The notes under the pieces were generated by a model that was given only the letters and a program-made list of their open reading frames with translations, did no database searches and was not told where the DNA came from. The position numbers and the translations under genes are program-made. 28,025 bases of DNA from NCBI GenBank assembly GCA_030018135.1, contig JASEGJ010000013.1, positions 1 through 28,025 on the forward strand, in the 5' to 3' direction. Shown here piece after piece: positions 25,803 to 28,025 of the stretch; positions within the stretch are counted from its first letter, which is position 1; each line of letters starts with the position of its first letter. The stretch comes from Candidatus Hodarchaeaceae archaeon (GTDB taxonomy: Archaea; Hadarchaeota; Hadarchaeia; Hadarchaeales; Hadarchaeaceae).

Positions 25803-27113
25803 TCACCCGATGGGTTCGCCGACCAAGTATGTCTGGCGGGCATCGGTTATCTTGACGTTCAAGAAATCCCCAAGCCTAGCATTACTGAGTATCGCGGGTT
25901 TATAGTTTGGCAACCTCGTCACGTAACCGCCCTTTTGGCCTTCTTCAACCACCAGCCCCTCCGTAACCAGCCCGATGTAGCGGCGATTTTGTTCGTGACC
26001 TATTTTTCTGCACCTGACGCTCAGCAGCTTGGACCGCCGCTTGACCTCGCGCTCGTCCACCTGCTCCATTTTGGCGGCTTCGGTGCCAGGCATCGGTGAA
26101 AAGCGCGTTAAATTCACCCTATCCGGTCTAACCCCCTCGATTAGTTTACGTGTATCCCCGAACTCCCTCTCGCCTTCGCCCGGAAAGCCCACTATGATGT
26201 CCGTTGCCAGATACAGGTCCTCGAATTTGCCCTTAAACGCGCTCACGATTTTCAAGAACTCGTCGACGGTATACCCACGGCGCATCGCCGCAAGTATTTC
26301 GTCGCTACCGCTTTCCACGGGCAAATGCAAGAACTTGTAAATTTTTTCGCTCTCATAAACGTCGAGCAGCCCCCGTAAGATGCGTTTAACTGTATTTGGA
26401 TTCATCATGCCTATGCGAACCTTAAACTTGCCATCCAGGGCGACGATTTCTTTGAGCAATTCAGGCAGGCTCCTACCCGAATCCATGCCATACGCAGCTG
26501 TATCCTGAGATGTCAACAGGATTTCGCGATATCCCTTTCGGACGGCGTCTCCTATCTCCGATAAAATAGATTCCACATCGAAGCTATGCAATCTACCGCG
26601 CGCCAGCTTGACCGAGCAATAGCTGCAGTTTGAGACGCAGCCCTCCGAAATCGCGACCACGGCGCTGACGTTGCTGAGACGGAATTTCGGCAAGCATGGC
26701 TTCTCGCGGGGTACGCGTCCAAGCACGCGGACATCCGTCTCACCACGGGCTATTCGTTCGACCACTGGTACGATCGAATCGACCGAGTGGCACGATATTA
26801 TGCCGGCGAATGTTCCCAACCGCTCAATTGACGCGAGGTCTATCAACGGCAGGCAACCCGCTACAACTATCAACTTTCCGCCGAGCTCGCGTAGCTCCCT
26901 CAGCCTGCGCAACACCCGTCGCTGAGTCGGGCCCTTGACCGCGCAGGTGTTGACGACTATGACGTCTGCGTCCGCCAACCTACCCACTGGTTCATGCCCA
27001 GCTACCTTGAGACAACCGAGCATGATCTCGCTGTCGCCCTTGTTCGTGGTGCAGCCAAACGTCTCGCAGAAGACCCGCAAGCCGCCACCAAGATTATTTA
27101 CGGCTTCCGACAA
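25803..27113 (-). CDS. MiaB-like radical SAM tRNA methylthiotransferase (MtaB/CDKAL1 type)
   Basis: UPF0004 cysteines (FGCTTN, NTCAV, AGCL), [17 protein letters not shown] and a C-terminal TRAM domain. Confidence 0.93.
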   Translation of the reverse strand: MSEAVNNLGGGLRVFCETFGCTTNKGDSEIMLGCLKVAGHEPVGRLADADVIVVNTCAVKGPTQRRVLRRLRELRELGGKLIVVAGCLPLIDLASIERLGTFAGIISCHSVDSIVPVVERIARGETDVRVLGRVPREKPCLPKFRLSNVSAVVAISEGCVSNCSYCSVKLARGRLHSFDVESILSEIGDAVRKGYREILLTSQDTAAYGMDSGRSLPELLKEIVALDGKFKVRIGMMNPNTVKRILRGLLDVYESEKIYKFLHLPVESGSDEILAAMRRGYTVDEFLKIVSAFKGKFEDLYLATDIIVGFPGEGEREFGDTRKLIEGVRPDRVNLTRFSPMPGTEAAKMEQVDEREVKRRSKLLSVRCRKIGHEQNRRYIGLVTEGLVVEEGQKGGYVTRLPNYKPAILSNARLGDFLNVKITDARQTYLVGEPIG

Positions 27114-27137
27114 TAAAATCAGGCGATCGGTGGTGGA

Positions 27138-27896
27138 ATGAAGAAGATCCAGTTGACTCTAGTTCAGATCGACAACTATGGCCCTTGGACAGTTACTCCG
27201 GTTCATCGACGCGAGGCGGACCTTCAAACGTTGCAGGCGGAACTCTTCGCCGACTTGGAGCGACTTTTTGCAGCCCGTGAGGGGCTGGTGTTTTACACGA
27301 GGTTCGACAACATGCTCGCGATCTCAAACGGCATTGATTTAGACGCACATCGCGCCATCCAAACGAGCATCCACAACCGCTACCCGATCACGGTGAGCAT
27401 GGGCATCGGCGCCGCGGAAACGCCGTACGAGGCACAATCGCTCGCGACGCGCGCGCTTCAGCAGGCCGGCAGCAGCAGGTCGGTGGAGCGGCGCGGGGTG
27501 ATCGCGGGCAATGGCGTTGGTCAGCCGGATGAAAATTGGGTGCAGATCGCGCACATGGACATCAACCACGCAAGCCTGATGACCGACAAAAGGCCCATAT
27601 ACGACACGCATGTGCTGCTCCAACAAACGCATCTCCTGCTGATGAAAGCCTTATCTCAACGCCGGGCGCTCGTCTTCTACACGGGGGGCGACAATTTCAT
27701 GGCCCCCTCAAACGGCGTTGACACAAGAGAGCTTCAAGCCGTCATGGACGAAGTACAGCAAACGCTTGGGATAGAACTCAAGGCGGGAGTCGGTGCTGGG
27801 CCAACCGCCGAACTTGCCGCGCGTTTGGCGAGCCAAGGGTTAAGGGAGATTAGGGAGGGCAAGACCTCAGAACGCGTAGTTTTTAAAACGAGTTGA
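27138..27896 (+). CDS. gch3: GTP cyclohydrolase III (IIa)
   Basis: QIDNYGPWT, RFDNM, AHMDIN and GGDNFM motifs. Confidence 0.95.
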   Translation: MKKIQLTLVQIDNYGPWTVTPVHRREADLQTLQAELFADLERLFAAREGLVFYTRFDNMLAISNGIDLDAHRAIQTSIHNRYPITVSMGIGAAETPYEAQSLATRALQQAGSSRSVERRGVIAGNGVGQPDENWVQIAHMDINHASLMTDKRPIYDTHVLLQQTHLLLMKALSQRRALVFYTGGDNFMAPSNGVDTRELQAVMDEVQQTLGIELKAGVGAGPTAELAARLASQGLREIREGKTSERVVFKTS

Positions 27897-28025
27897 CACG
27901 CGATTCTTGGACCGTTGCCCTGATCGATCGTTAATAAATTCCTCAATTTGGGCCCTAAATTAGGCGATAGGGTTTTCCTCGGAAATGTTGATTTTATAGC
28001 TTGCTAAGTGAATACTGTAGGGGCT

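Noticed and set aside
5559-27946. Numerous overlapping or antisense ORFs (e.g. 6649-7221, 8332-9012, 9227-9892, 17164-18078, 22729-23361, 25335-26099)
   Set aside because: Shadow ORFs of GC-rich, well-identified genes, with no recognisable motifs.
27945-27961. Imperfect palindrome AATTTGGGCCCTAAATT after gch3
   Set aside because: Short and imperfect, and its context is cut off by the window edge.

Overview
Archaeal chromosomal window. Evidence: eS17, GTP cyclohydrolase III, archaeal-type PPAT and ProRS, a ThiD-ThiN fusion, a PIN-ATPase-KH protein, BHB tRNA introns and GGTGA-type RBSs. A Hadarchaeota/euryarchaeal-like lineage is my inference only. Positions ~100-4200 are visibly more AT-rich and abut the 3' end of a tRNA-Leu(UAA) gene, consistent with an integrated or decaying element. 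This region encodes a Cys-rich protein, a HerA/FtsK-superfamily ATPase with an FtsK-gamma-like tail (split by two compensating frameshifts), small membrane ORFs and short repeats. A minus-strand tRNA cluster follows: Arg-CCU with an 11-nt intron, Glu-CUC, and Leu-UAA with two introns at 30/31 and 37/38. It is interleaved with tiny genes for a desulforedoxin, a minimal encapsulated-ferritin-like protein and a very basic 35-aa peptide. The rest is mostly housekeeping: PINA ATPase, an AglB-like protein with an altered WWDYG motif, hisS, endonuclease IV, acylphosphatase, proS, a frameshifted GT-C protein, Xaa-Pro peptidase, methyltransferase-pncA-pncB-coaD, ferredoxin, rps17e, thiDN, an MtaB-like enzyme and gch3. 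It also includes an inositol-lipid cluster: archaetidylinositol-phosphate synthase, PadR with a palindromic operator, ino1 carrying a 467-aa LAGLIDADG intein, and a PfkB kinase. All calls come from motif recognition by eye; no database searches were run.
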